Shown: positions 25,339 through 34,104 of the stretch, in pieces
Layout: each line of letters begins with the position of its first letter
Position numbering within the stretch: the stretch's first letter is position 1
Assembly (NCBI GenBank): GCA_016185525.1
Contig: JACPNK010000005.1
Span: forward strand, 92,473 to 156,472
DNA length: 64,000 nucleotides
From: Candidatus Yanofskybacteria bacterium
GTDB lineage: Bacteria > Patescibacteriota > Minisyncoccia > 2-02-FULL-40-12 > IGHO2-12-FULL-4
Direction of reading: 5' to 3'
The notes under the pieces: generated by a model
Database searches by the model: none
The model's input: the letters and a program-made list of their open reading frames with translations, nothing else
Told to the model about the DNA's origin: nothing
Translations under genes and position numbers: made by a program

Positions 25339-27282
25339 TTATATAGGATTTATAATCTTTTGAACCTTTTCCTCCACGGCAGAAGAGAAGCTGGCTTTAG
25401 GTTTGTCTTTGTATATTTCTTCTATAATCCGCCTGCATATCGGGGCGGCAAGCAAACCTCCGGTTTGTCTGGCACCGATGCTTTTAGGCGTATCGTAGCC
25501 AAGCCTGACTCCGACCGTATAACCACGGCTACCGGGGGTGAAACCAAAAAACAAAACATCTCGTGACTCATTTGTTGTTCCTGTTTTTCCGGCAACTTTT
25601 TGTTCTATGCCTTTGAAAGTTAGTTTAGCCGTTCCAATTTCGGTAACCGCTCTCATCAAAACTGTCATGTCTTCAGCAACTTTGGGAGAAAGTACATTTT
25701 TTACTACCGACTCTTTTTGAAAAAGTATCTTGCCTTCAGAGTCGGCAATTTCGTAAACGATAACCGGTTCGTAATAAGAGCCTTGATTGGGAAAGACAGA
25801 AAAAGCGGTCGTAAGCTCCAAAAGACCGACTGACGAAGCGCCTATTGCTGTCGGCAAGTATGGATCAAGTTTGCTTTTTATGCCCATCTCGTGAGCTGTT
25901 TCTATTATCTTCTTAATGCCGATCCGGCTAGCCAAAAATATTGTCGCAACATTTCTGGAGAGAATAAATCCATCGCTAGTGTCGATGAGACCCATAAAGT
26001 CGGGGTGAGATTTCTCGTGGTAATTTCTAGGACTCCACCACTTTATAACCTGCCCATGAAAACTTATTTTTCCCGGCAAATGAATTGGACAGTCACAGAT
26101 TTTATCGTTAAATTTCCAACCTTCTTTCAAGGCCGTAGCATAAGTAAAAATTTTAAAAGCTGAACCCGGTTGACGTATGGCCGACTCTTGGACAGCCCGA
26201 TTGTATTTCGTCTCAGCAAAATCGTGCCCACCGACAACTGCCACTATTTTTCCGGAAAAGTTCTCAATCACCACTACCGCGCCTTCAAGCTTTTCTTTGG
26301 TATTACCCCAATCATTATTTAACTTAGCAAGATGTTCACTCAAAGCACTGACAGCAATATGCTGAATATGGCTGTCTATTGTAGTTTTGACTTTCAGACC
26401 GCCTTTGTGCCAAATTTCCTCACTATCATAGCCCTTTTTCAAGAGAACCCGGCGAACAAAATCTTTTGCGTAGTTAAAACTGGAGTCAACCTTTGACAAG
26501 TTCAGGCTTATTGGCTCCTTAGTCATTTTTTCGTACTCCGACTGACTGATAAATTTGTTCTCTTTCATTAAAAGCAAAACCAAATTTCTTCGCTCCAGAG
26601 CCGCCTCTTTTTTGTTTATCGGAGAAAAGCGTGCGGGGGATTTAACCAAGGCGGCCAGCATGGCTGTTTCCGGCGCCGTAAGTTCTTTGAGTTCTTTGCT
26701 AAAATAATATCGGCTGGCTTCAACTATGCCGAAGCGGCCATAGCCGAAATAAACATAGTTTATATAAGCTTCAAATATTTCTTGCTTGGTATAACGGCGT
26801 TCAAGCTGTATAGCCAGACGAGCTTCCTTTATTTTTCTCCAGTAAGTTTGATCTCGTCTCTTAAACTCCGGTATCTCGTCTTCGTAAAGAAAACGATCTA
26901 GTTGTTGAGTAATTGTGCTAGCACCAGAAACTACACGCCGGCTCATTTTGTTATGAAGCCAAGCCCGTAATATCGCTCTCGGATCAACACCCCAATGAGA
27001 AAAAAATCTCTTGTCTTCTGCCGCTAAAATAGAGTTTTTGACAAGTTCCGGAATGTTGTCAAATTTAACCGGATCCCTGTTTTCATAGAAAAACCTGCCG
27101 GCAATTTTTTCATCTTTTGAATAGATGTATGAAGACTGCTTGAGTTCAAGATGAGAAAGTTTCTTAATATCCGGCAAATCATCTGTTTTAAAATACAGAT
27201 AATAAAAACCGTAAGAGCCGGTCAAAATAACTGCCGTCAGCAAAGACAACAAAAAAAGGCCTATTTTTTGACGTAATCTCAA
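25339..27282 (-). CDS. penicillin-binding protein 1A (bifunctional glycosyltransferase GT51 / transpeptidase)
   Basis: N-terminal TM segment. GT51 motif EDKRFFSHWGVD. Transpeptidase SAFK motif. Confidence 0.85.
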   Translation of the reverse strand: MRLRQKIGLFLLSLLTAVILTGSYGFYYLYFKTDDLPDIKKLSHLELKQSSYIYSKDEKIAGRFFYENRDPVKFDNIPELVKNSILAAEDKRFFSHWGVDPRAILRAWLHNKMSRRVVSGASTITQQLDRFLYEDEIPEFKRRDQTYWRKIKEARLAIQLERRYTKQEIFEAYINYVYFGYGRFGIVEASRYYFSKELKELTAPETAMLAALVKSPARFSPINKKEAALERRNLVLLLMKENKFISQSEYEKMTKEPISLNLSKVDSSFNYAKDFVRRVLLKKGYDSEEIWHKGGLKVKTTIDSHIQHIAVSALSEHLAKLNNDWGNTKEKLEGAVVVIENFSGKIVAVVGGHDFAETKYNRAVQESAIRQPGSAFKIFTYATALKEGWKFNDKICDCPIHLPGKISFHGQVIKWWSPRNYHEKSHPDFMGLIDTSDGFILSRNVATIFLASRIGIKKIIETAHEMGIKSKLDPYLPTAIGASSVGLLELTTAFSVFPNQGSYYEPVIVYEIADSEGKILFQKESVVKNVLSPKVAEDMTVLMRAVTEIGTAKLTFKGIEQKVAGKTGTTNESRDVLFFGFTPGSRGYTVGVRLGYDTPKSIGARQTGGLLAAPICRRIIEEIYKDKPKASFSSAVEEKVQKIINPI

Positions 27283-27450
27283 GTAGCTTGCCTCCTTTCT
27301 TCAGATTTTAAGGTTCTTTGTTTTGAATAAAAATACCACTTTTGTGAAGTAGTTCAAGCGCTTAGCGTTTTTGGCGGTAAGTTTACTTTTTTAAAATCTT
27401 CTTCTATACTTTGGGCAAATAGGTCTTATGTTCTTTGAAAAGGGGGCGAT

Positions 27451-28569
27451 ATGAAAGTAGATACAGCCATCATTGGCGGAGGAGTTGTGGGATGCGCAAT
27501 AGCCAGACGCTTAGCCACAACTCAACCAGGAACAAAAATTGTCGTATTGGAAAAGTTGGAAAGCGTCGGTCTGGAAACCAGCAGTCTGAATAGCGGTGTT
27601 TTGCACTCCGGCATCCATCAGAATCCAAACTTTCTGAAGTCAAAATTGGCCAAAAAAGGCAGTAAAATAGCGGCCTGCTACATGAAAATACGCTCCATAC
27701 CGATAATGCGTTGCGGAATGCTGATAGTGGTTTCTTCAGAATCTCTTAGGCACGGCCTTTACAAAGAGTGGCTGGATCTGTGGCGCTTGATAAAAAGGGG
27801 ACAGGAACAAAAAATAGACTTAAAATTTTTGACTCCTTTCGGCATAAGAAAAATTGAACCAAATATAAAAGCGCTTGGCGGAATTTTTATACCCAATGTT
27901 TGGGTTGTTGATCCAGCAGGCTTCACAAATTCTCTTTATCAGGAAGCTAAAGCAAAAAAAGTTGAGTTCTTTTTTAAAAATCCCGTCCTGTCGGTTTCCA
28001 AAAACAACGACTCTTATTGCCTCGCGACTCCAAGCAAAGAATTTTTTGCAAAAAAAGTAGTCAATGCTGCAGGTCTTTATGCCGACGAAGTTGCCAAAAT
28101 GGCCGGTTTTGCGGGATACAAAATCTACCCTTGGCGAGGCGAATATTATGAGGTGATCGGTGAAAAGAAAAAACTAGTCAGCCGTCTGGTTTATCCGGCA
28201 CTGCCCGCCAACTACCCGGGAAAGGGGATACATTTTAGTCCCAGAGTTGATGAGAGATTATTCATTGGTCCAAATGCCCGGCCGGTTCCCAGAAAAAATT
28301 TCTACACAGAATGTAAAACTCCTGTTGAAGAATTTTTAAAAACAACACAAAAATTTTGTCCTCAAATTAAAGAAGAAGATTTGGTTTGGGCTTATTCCGG
28401 TATCCGGCCCAAATTGACCAATGCCGCCGAAGAGTCAGATTTTATAATAAGGTTGGATAACCGTAATCCCCATTGGTTAAATTTGATCGGCATTGAATCT
28501 CCCGGACTTTCTTCTGCTATGGCTACTGCTGAATATGTAGAAAAGCTTTTAAACTCACCGCCAGGGTGA
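27451..28569 (+). CDS. FAD-dependent oxidoreductase (L-2-hydroxyglutarate oxidase/dehydrogenase-like)
   Basis: N-terminal GGGVVG dinucleotide-binding motif. 372 aa. Confidence 0.6.
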   Translation: MKVDTAIIGGGVVGCAIARRLATTQPGTKIVVLEKLESVGLETSSLNSGVLHSGIHQNPNFLKSKLAKKGSKIAACYMKIRSIPIMRCGMLIVVSSESLRHGLYKEWLDLWRLIKRGQEQKIDLKFLTPFGIRKIEPNIKALGGIFIPNVWVVDPAGFTNSLYQEAKAKKVEFFFKNPVLSVSKNNDSYCLATPSKEFFAKKVVNAAGLYADEVAKMAGFAGYKIYPWRGEYYEVIGEKKKLVSRLVYPALPANYPGKGIHFSPRVDERLFIGPNARPVPRKNFYTECKTPVEEFLKTTQKFCPQIKEEDLVWAYSGIRPKLTNAAEESDFIIRLDNRNPHWLNLIGIESPGLSSAMATAEYVEKLLNSPPG

Positions 28570-28580
28570 GTTTTTGTTAC

Positions 28581-28666
28581 TGGCGGAGAGGGTGGGAGTC
28601 GAACCCACAAGTCCTTACGGACGCCGGTTTTCAAGACCGGTGGAATAACCATTATCCGACCTCTCC
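28581..28666 (-). tRNA. tRNA-Ser (anticodon TGA), CCA encoded
   Basis: Hand-folded: acceptor GGAGAGG/CCTCTCC, anticodon loop CTTGAAA, long variable arm, 3' GCCA. Confidence 0.75.
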
Positions 28667-28790
28667 AGGGTATTAAGGAATCTCACTTTGTGCATATTCT
28701 AACAGGTACACATTCTGACAGGCAAGGCCTGTAAAAGTGCGCATATTTTCTTCTCTCCTTCGCGACCTACTTCCCGCTGTCGCGTTCTTC

Positions 28791-28875
28791 TGGCGGAGGA
28801 TGCAGGAGTCGAACCTGCAAGGGATTGCACCCGGCGGTTTTCGAAACCGCTGCCATGCCATTAGGCGAACCCACC
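28791..28875 (-). tRNA. tRNA-Ser (anticodon CGA), CCA encoded
   Basis: Hand-folded: acceptor GGTGGG..., anticodon loop TTCGAAA, long variable arm, T-arm GGTTCGACTCC, 3' CCA. Confidence 0.7.
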
Positions 28876-28896
28876 AAGTTTTTCGGTAAGACCCAA

Positions 28897-29151
28897 TCAA
28901 TAAATGTTATGTTTGCCGACAGCATAAAATCTTATGATATTCTTGTCGGCAAAATCAAATATTATCCGGTACTGATAATTTATAGAAAAAGCCCAAAACT
29001 CACCAAGTTCACCGTGAAGTTTGTGGGTTTTGAGGTGTAAATCAAACGGGTTTATTCTAAAAATTTTCTCTTTTTTTATTGCCAGCGACTTGACCTCTTT
29101 GGGCAGTTTCTTAAATTGCTGTTTAAACTTGGAGTAGTAAAATATCTTCAT
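28897..29151 (-). CDS. type II toxin, RelE/ParE family
   Basis: LHGELGEFWAFSINYQYRIIF...IIRFYAVGKHNIY. 84 aa. Confidence 0.75.
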   Translation of the reverse strand: MKIFYYSKFKQQFKKLPKEVKSLAIKKEKIFRINPFDLHLKTHKLHGELGEFWAFSINYQYRIIFDFADKNIIRFYAVGKHNIY

Positions 29152-29156
29152 TTTAT

Positions 29157-29366
29157 CTATTCCAAATCTTCCAGAGACTTAAGGATTTTCCAATTCTTGC
29201 CTTTACCAAAGTCCCTCTTGGCTTTTTCAAGTTCTTTGGCCAGTTCGTGGACACGCAAAAGATGGCGAAAGAACTCGCTGACACTGGCAAAGTTGCCGGT
29301 CTTTACTTCGTCCCTAACTTTTCTGGTTAATTCTTGGGGCAAGGATATGTTAATAATGTTTCTCAT
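29157..29366 (-). CDS. ribbon-helix-helix (CopG/ParD-like) antitoxin paired with the downstream RelE/ParE toxin
   Basis: 69 aa. The N-terminal beta-strand then helix-helix pattern NISLPQELTRKVRDEV. Sits 5 bp upstream of the toxin. Confidence 0.6.
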   Translation of the reverse strand: MRNIINISLPQELTRKVRDEVKTGNFASVSEFFRHLLRVHELAKELEKAKRDFGKGKNWKILKSLEDLE

Positions 29367-29567
29367 GGCTGTAATAATTTATATTACAATCCTAACAAAA
29401 ATTAAGAAAGAGGTCAAATCGCGAAGTTTCTATTGGCGGTGTATTCTGAAGATAGCTCGAACGCATTTCGCCGCCGAAGGCGGCGTGGTTGGCGGGCAGA
29501 AATCCGCGCGGCGAAGCCGCGAACATTAACAATTTCAAGTTTTTCTTTGGCGGCAAATTCAGAATTC

Positions 29568-30266
29568 TTATTTCGTAAATCCGAAAGTCCCCGTAATCTG
29601 GTCAATAAAGAAAGTTTTGTTGGCTAAGACAGAAACACTTTCTTGAGGTATACCATTATTGCCTGTGTAAAATTGGAATAATTTACCATCTTTGATGAAC
29701 TCAATGTCCCGCTCTTTATTTCCGACGCCCTCTCCCTCGGACATTTCAAAAGTATTTACGATAGCTTTAACACCGCCGATAGTTTTATATGAGGTCACAC
29801 AATTCGAATTTGATGAACATGCCCTTTCTTCAATGGTTTTGGATGGACTTGGATCAACTATTTGAAAACCAACAAACATGTTCTGTCGGTCATAAAAATT
29901 TTTCTGTTTCTGTTGTAATTTACTATCTTGAAAATAGAATGAAAAAGTATTTAATTTATTGTTGTAAAGTGGTGGTTCCTGTTTTTGTTCTTGAAAACCT
30001 TCAACTATCCAATCTTGTGGATACTGAACTTCAAAACCATATTTTTCACTTCTATATATTTGCCAACCAGGAATTTTATTTGATGATTGTGTGTTGTTTG
30101 AGGTTGTCGGTTTTTCGGCAGTCTGGTTATTCGTTGGGGCTGGGGTATTGATCTGTTGAGCAATTTCCGGCGATTTTTTCACAAATGCAAAATACCCCAC
30201 TACACCAGCAAGCACTACAACTAAAACTATGAGAACAATATTCACAAATCCTTTTTGTTGGTTCAT
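29568..30266 (-). CDS. membrane-anchored secreted protein of unknown function
   Basis: N-terminal TM/signal anchor. Low-complexity T/N/Q linker. No recognisable domain. Confidence 0.45.
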   Translation of the reverse strand: MNQQKGFVNIVLIVLVVVLAGVVGYFAFVKKSPEIAQQINTPAPTNNQTAEKPTTSNNTQSSNKIPGWQIYRSEKYGFEVQYPQDWIVEGFQEQKQEPPLYNNKLNTFSFYFQDSKLQQKQKNFYDRQNMFVGFQIVDPSPSKTIEERACSSNSNCVTSYKTIGGVKAIVNTFEMSEGEGVGNKERDIEFIKDGKLFQFYTGNNGIPQESVSVLANKTFFIDQITGTFGFTK

Positions 30267-30420
30267 GTGTTTAAAATTAATTTCTTAATTATGCAAAAAT
30301 TTCTTTTGCCCTTCACTCTCAAATCCTTTTCCTTTTCGCCAAAAAAGCCTTTTCAAATCCTATGCGAGCGGCGCATCTCGCGCCGCGAGCTGACCTCTTC
30401 AAATTTGCATTTTCCCAACT

Positions 30421-30439
30421 GGCGGAGGGAGTGGGAGTC
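30421..30439 (-). repeat. direct repeat of the 3' end of tRNA-Ser(GCT); identical 18 nt are also at 30611-30628
   Basis: gcggagggagtgggagtc occurs twice, 189 bp apart, in the same orientation. This is the pattern of an att-site duplication at a tRNA gene. Confidence 0.6.
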
Positions 30440-30449
30440 CTCTTCCTCC

Positions 30450-30487
30450 GAAAATTTCTATATGCCTAAAGGCATATAGAAATTTTC
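30450..30487. repeat. perfect palindrome with 17-bp arms
   Basis: gaaaatttctatatgcc-taaa-ggcatatagaaattttc. A second palindrome, gcataaatagttagc-aaaa-gctaactatttatg, lies at 30574-30606. Confidence 0.7.
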
Positions 30488-30488
30488 T

Positions 30489-30556
30489 CCTCCAGAGCCG
30501 GGGTTTTCTAAAAAGTGAAATTATTCACTTTTTCTCAATACCCTTCGACTCCCACT
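30489..30556. repeat. conserved ~68-bp tRNA-flanking element, copy at tRNA-Ser(GCT)
   Basis: cctccagagccggggttttctaaaaagtgaaattattcactttttctcaatacccttcgactcccact. The hairpin agtgaa-attat-ttcact is flanked by A and T runs, so it looks like a bidirectional terminator. It ends in an inverted copy of the tRNA-Ser T-arm (ttcgactcccact). Confidence 0.6.
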
Positions 30557-30611
30557 CTTGCATCGACAAGTAGCATAAATAGTTAGCAAAAGCTAACTAT
30601 TTATGTACATG

Positions 30612-30697
30612 CGGAGGGAGTGGGAGTCGAACCCACCTGACCCCTTTCGGGGTCGGAGATTAGCAATCTCCTGCACCAGCCGATATGCGCCCCCTCC
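30612..30697 (-). tRNA. tRNA-Ser (anticodon GCT)
   Basis: Hand-folded: acceptor GGAGGGG/CCCTCC(T), anticodon stem-loop GGAGA-TTGCTAA-TCTCC, long variable arm, T-arm GGTTCGACTCC. Confidence 0.75.
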
Positions 30698-30722
30698 AAA
30701 TTCACCAAATTTTACCATATTT

Positions 30723-31475
30723 TTACCCTTTGGCAACGACCAAACCGATGACTTTTTTTGCTCCGGCTTCTTTTAATATCCGAGCGCATTCGTCTAGGGT
30801 TGCTCCAGTGGTGGCAATGTCATCCACCAAAACGACTGTTTTGTTTTTTATTTTTTCCGGCCTGGGGCAGACAAATATGCCTTCCGTATTTTTTATCCTT
30901 TCTTCTTTGTTTTCTATCTCCGCTTGAGGCTTTTTATTTTTTGTCCTCTCCAAAACACCAACAGCAATTTCTAATTTAAATTCCCCGGCCAGCTCTTCGG
31001 CTAAAAGTTCTGACTGATTGTAAGAGCGCCAGTTAAGCCTTAAGCGGTGCAGGGGCAGGGGAATAAGGACAACCTCGCTTCGGTAACTGTCAAAAAAGCG
31101 GTCTTTGTTTTTTTCTTTTAAAAACTTTATCAGAAGTTTGCCAAGGGGTTTTTTTGCCGAAACTATAAACTTATATTTTAAAGCCCAAAGCATTTTTTTG
31201 ACTAAAGGTTCTTCGTAACTGGCGGCTATCCAGATAAAGTCCAAGTAATGATTCTTTTTGCAAAATGGGCAGGTTTCGCCCTGGCTGGCCGGGGATGAAC
31301 AGAAGGCGCACTCAAAACCTTTTCTTAAGTTTATTTTTTCAAAACAAAGCCGGCAGAGGTGTTTGTCGGGGTCAGAAGCATTTTGTATTTGGCGGCAACC
31401 AAGGCAGTGAATAGGGAAAAGAAGGTCAAACAAAAAGTCCTTTAGGCTTTCTATGGATAACTTGCACAACTTCAT
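30723..31475 (-). CDS. comFC: competence protein ComFC (double zinc-ribbon plus phosphoribosyltransferase domain)
   Basis: CLGCRQ...CRLC...C..C N-terminus. PRTase motif VLVDDIATTGATL. Confidence 0.75.
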   Translation of the reverse strand: MKLCKLSIESLKDFLFDLLFPIHCLGCRQIQNASDPDKHLCRLCFEKINLRKGFECAFCSSPASQGETCPFCKKNHYLDFIWIAASYEEPLVKKMLWALKYKFIVSAKKPLGKLLIKFLKEKNKDRFFDSYRSEVVLIPLPLHRLRLNWRSYNQSELLAEELAGEFKLEIAVGVLERTKNKKPQAEIENKEERIKNTEGIFVCPRPEKIKNKTVVLVDDIATTGATLDECARILKEAGAKKVIGLVVAKG

Positions 31476-31505
31476 TTTATTTTTATGGTATAATCAAGAT
31501 TAACT

Positions 31506-32600
31506 ATGAACTTCGGTTTCTTCAAGAATTTTTTATCTAAAGGCACGCTTGGAATAGATATAGGCACTGCCTCAATCAAAGTTGCCGAGCTTTCAAGAGA
31601 AAGCGGGCACTTTAAGTTACTGAATTATGGAATCTTCCAGCTTGAGAATCAAGAAGAAGCTATTGAGACCAAGCAGAAGATTACCAAATTGCCCGATCAG
31701 GATATTGTTTGGGGCATAAAAGAGCTTATCTCTCGTTCGGGAGTGAAGAGCAAAAACGTAGTTGCCTCTATTCCCTCGTTTTCAACTTTCTCAACGACTA
31801 TCTCCTTGCCCTACTTGTCAGAGAAAGATTTGGCAAAAGCCATTCCTTTTGAGGCTAAAAAATATGTGCCAATTCCGATTGATGAAGTTATTTTAGACTG
31901 GTCAATCATCAATTTGGCTTCTGACCATGCTGGCGGCGGACAGGCGTTGGCGGGAGGGCGGGTTACTCCCACAGTAGAAGTTTTTCTGGCGGCGGTGCCG
32001 AAGCATGAGACAGAAAGATATAAAAAAATTATGACTGCCGCGGGTTTGAATTTGGCGGCCCTTGAACTTGAAAATATTGCTTTAATCAGATCTCTGATTG
32101 GCAACGACCTAAGTCCGGTTGCGATAGTTAACATTGGAGGCAGAAGCACGTCTATATTGGTGGTGGACCGGGGTTTTGAGAGGATAAGCCACAATTATGA
32201 GATCGGAGGATTTGAGATAACCAAGTCCATTGCCCGATCTATGGGCGTCAGTCTTTCCAGAGCGGAAGAATTTAAAAGAACAGTCGGTTTAAAATCAGAC
32301 AGCACCAAAGTTGTGGGAGAAGCAATGATTTCTTTGTTGGACATGATTGTCTTTGAATCAAAAAAAACCATAACCACCTATGAAAATAACAAGGGCGCCA
32401 AAATACAAAAAGTTTTTTTGTCCGGCGGAGTGGCCAACATGCCGAGCTTTCTTGAATATTTTAAGTCCAAGATTAATTTAGAAACCGCTATTAGCAATCC
32501 TTTTGTACGCGTTGTCTACCCAAAAGAGCTTGCCAAGATGATTCCTGAACTAAGCCCGACTTTTTCAATAGCTGTGGGTTTGGCTATGAGAGAAGTGTGA
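31506..32600 (+). CDS. pilM: type IV pilus assembly protein PilM (actin-like ATPase fold)
   Basis: GIDIGTASIKVAEL N-terminus. 364 aa. Followed by pilN/pilO-like genes. Confidence 0.8.
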   Translation: MNFGFFKNFLSKGTLGIDIGTASIKVAELSRESGHFKLLNYGIFQLENQEEAIETKQKITKLPDQDIVWGIKELISRSGVKSKNVVASIPSFSTFSTTISLPYLSEKDLAKAIPFEAKKYVPIPIDEVILDWSIINLASDHAGGGQALAGGRVTPTVEVFLAAVPKHETERYKKIMTAAGLNLAALELENIALIRSLIGNDLSPVAIVNIGGRSTSILVVDRGFERISHNYEIGGFEITKSIARSMGVSLSRAEEFKRTVGLKSDSTKVVGEAMISLLDMIVFESKKTITTYENNKGAKIQKVFLSGGVANMPSFLEYFKSKINLETAISNPFVRVVYPKELAKMIPELSPTFSIAVGLAMREV

Positions 32601-32681
32601 TATAATAAGTTTAGTTAAAAGTTTATCAAGTTACTTTATAACTTTACAAACTTTATAACTTAGAACTAGCGCGAAGCGCTT

Positions 32682-33242
32682 ATGCCAGAACAAGGGTTAA
32701 TACAACTTCTTCCAGAAACAAGAAGAAAACTGGAAATCAAACTTCCCGGAGAAAACCGGCCGGTTTATTTAGCGACGGGTTTTTTGGTTTTAGTCTTTTT
32801 GGTTTTTGGAGGTTTAAAAATATATTCTTCTTCCTTAAAAAATAATTTGAAATCCCTAGACCAAGAGGCTGTTGCTTTGGAAACAAGCAGAGACAGGGCT
32901 TTTGAGTCTGAACTTTTGGTTTTAAACAAGAGATTTGCTTTGTCTTCGGGTTTGATTAACGAACATATTATCTGGTCGGGAGCTTTAAGCAAGCTTCAGA
33001 ATCTTATGCCCAAGCAGTCGCAGATGGACACATTTTTCGCCGACTCTCAAGCCGGCAAGATAGAGCTTAAGGGCAGGGCTGTCAGTTATACTGTCATTGC
33101 TCAGCAGATTGCCAGTTTTTTGACGGATGAAGCCGTTGCAGACATTGAATTAAACAAGATTAACAGTTTATCGTCCGGCGTGCTGGAGTATGATATGAAA
33201 ATCGTTTTTGACAAAAACAAGTTTTTAGTTTTTAAGAAGTGA
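32682..33242 (+). CDS. pilN: PilN-like pilus assembly protein
   Basis: Single N-terminal TM then a coiled/periplasmic domain. Synteny. Confidence 0.6.
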   Translation: MPEQGLIQLLPETRRKLEIKLPGENRPVYLATGFLVLVFLVFGGLKIYSSSLKNNLKSLDQEAVALETSRDRAFESELLVLNKRFALSSGLINEHIIWSGALSKLQNLMPKQSQMDTFFADSQAGKIELKGRAVSYTVIAQQIASFLTDEAVADIELNKINSLSSGVLEYDMKIVFDKNKFLVFKK

Positions 33243-33249
33243 CTTTGGG

Positions 33250-33801
33250 ATGAACTACAAAAAATTAATTGGATCGGGTCTGATTGCTTTAGGCATTATT
33301 TTTCTGCCCATTTTGGTCGTACCAGAATATCGCGCCGTCTCGGCTATTAAAAGCGCTATACAGCAAAAAAAGGCGGCTTTTGATAAAAAAAAGGTTTTGA
33401 TGGACAAGATAGACACTTTAAGAATACAGACCAAAGAAAGACGCGCTGATCTTGAAAAGTTGGCGACTATTTTACCGGAGAGCCGAAAGACCCAAGAGGT
33501 GGTTGTTAACATTGAAGAAATGTCTAAAGAGGCGGGAGTTGAATTAAAGACATTAAAAACGGCCATTGTTCAACAAGGGAGAGCGGGTGTCAGCGGGACG
33601 GGAGCCATGCAAATTGAGATCAGCAGCTCCGGACAGTACAGATCCCTTCTTGATTTTATAAAATCAATTGAGAAAAACTTGAGAATATTGGATGTTCAGG
33701 AGTTTACTTTATCATTGGACAGTTCAGCGGCATCAGTGGGCGGTCTTACTTTTGCCGCCAAGATTTTAACTTATTTTATTGAAAAACCTTTAACGCCTTA
33801 G
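33250..33801 (+). CDS. pilO: PilO-like pilus assembly protein
   Basis: N-terminal TM, coiled-coil. Synteny after pilN. Confidence 0.6.
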   Translation: MNYKKLIGSGLIALGIIFLPILVVPEYRAVSAIKSAIQQKKAAFDKKKVLMDKIDTLRIQTKERRADLEKLATILPESRKTQEVVVNIEEMSKEAGVELKTLKTAIVQQGRAGVSGTGAMQIEISSSGQYRSLLDFIKSIEKNLRILDVQEFTLSLDSSAASVGGLTFAAKILTYFIEKPLTP

Positions 33802-33813
33802 GCGCAACTTCTT

Positions 33814-34101
33814 ATGGCTCAATCAAGTATAAAATCGGATTCAGAAAATTTGTTTGTCGGTTTGATAATATTCGCCGGATTGGCAGCGGCTTATCTTTTT
33901 TACTCAAATCTGGTTCCGGTTGAACCTTCTGACTTTTCTCCTCCCGCTCCGGCCAGATCGGAAATTGCTTCGGAAATTGAAACAATGAGTTTGGACTTTA
34001 GTGTTTTTGACCACATCCTTTTCAAGCAGTTAAAAGTTTTTGGAATCATTCCTGTCGGTTCGGGCCAAACTGGCAGAGAAAACCCCTTTGCTCCTTTTTA
34101 G
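33814..34101 (+). CDS. small membrane protein in the pilus operon (PilP-position gene)
   Basis: 95 aa. One TM segment. Position only. Confidence 0.4.
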   Translation: MAQSSIKSDSENLFVGLIIFAGLAAAYLFYSNLVPVEPSDFSPPAPARSEIASEIETMSLDFSVFDHILFKQLKVFGIIPVGSGQTGRENPFAPF

Positions 34102-34104
34102 ACC

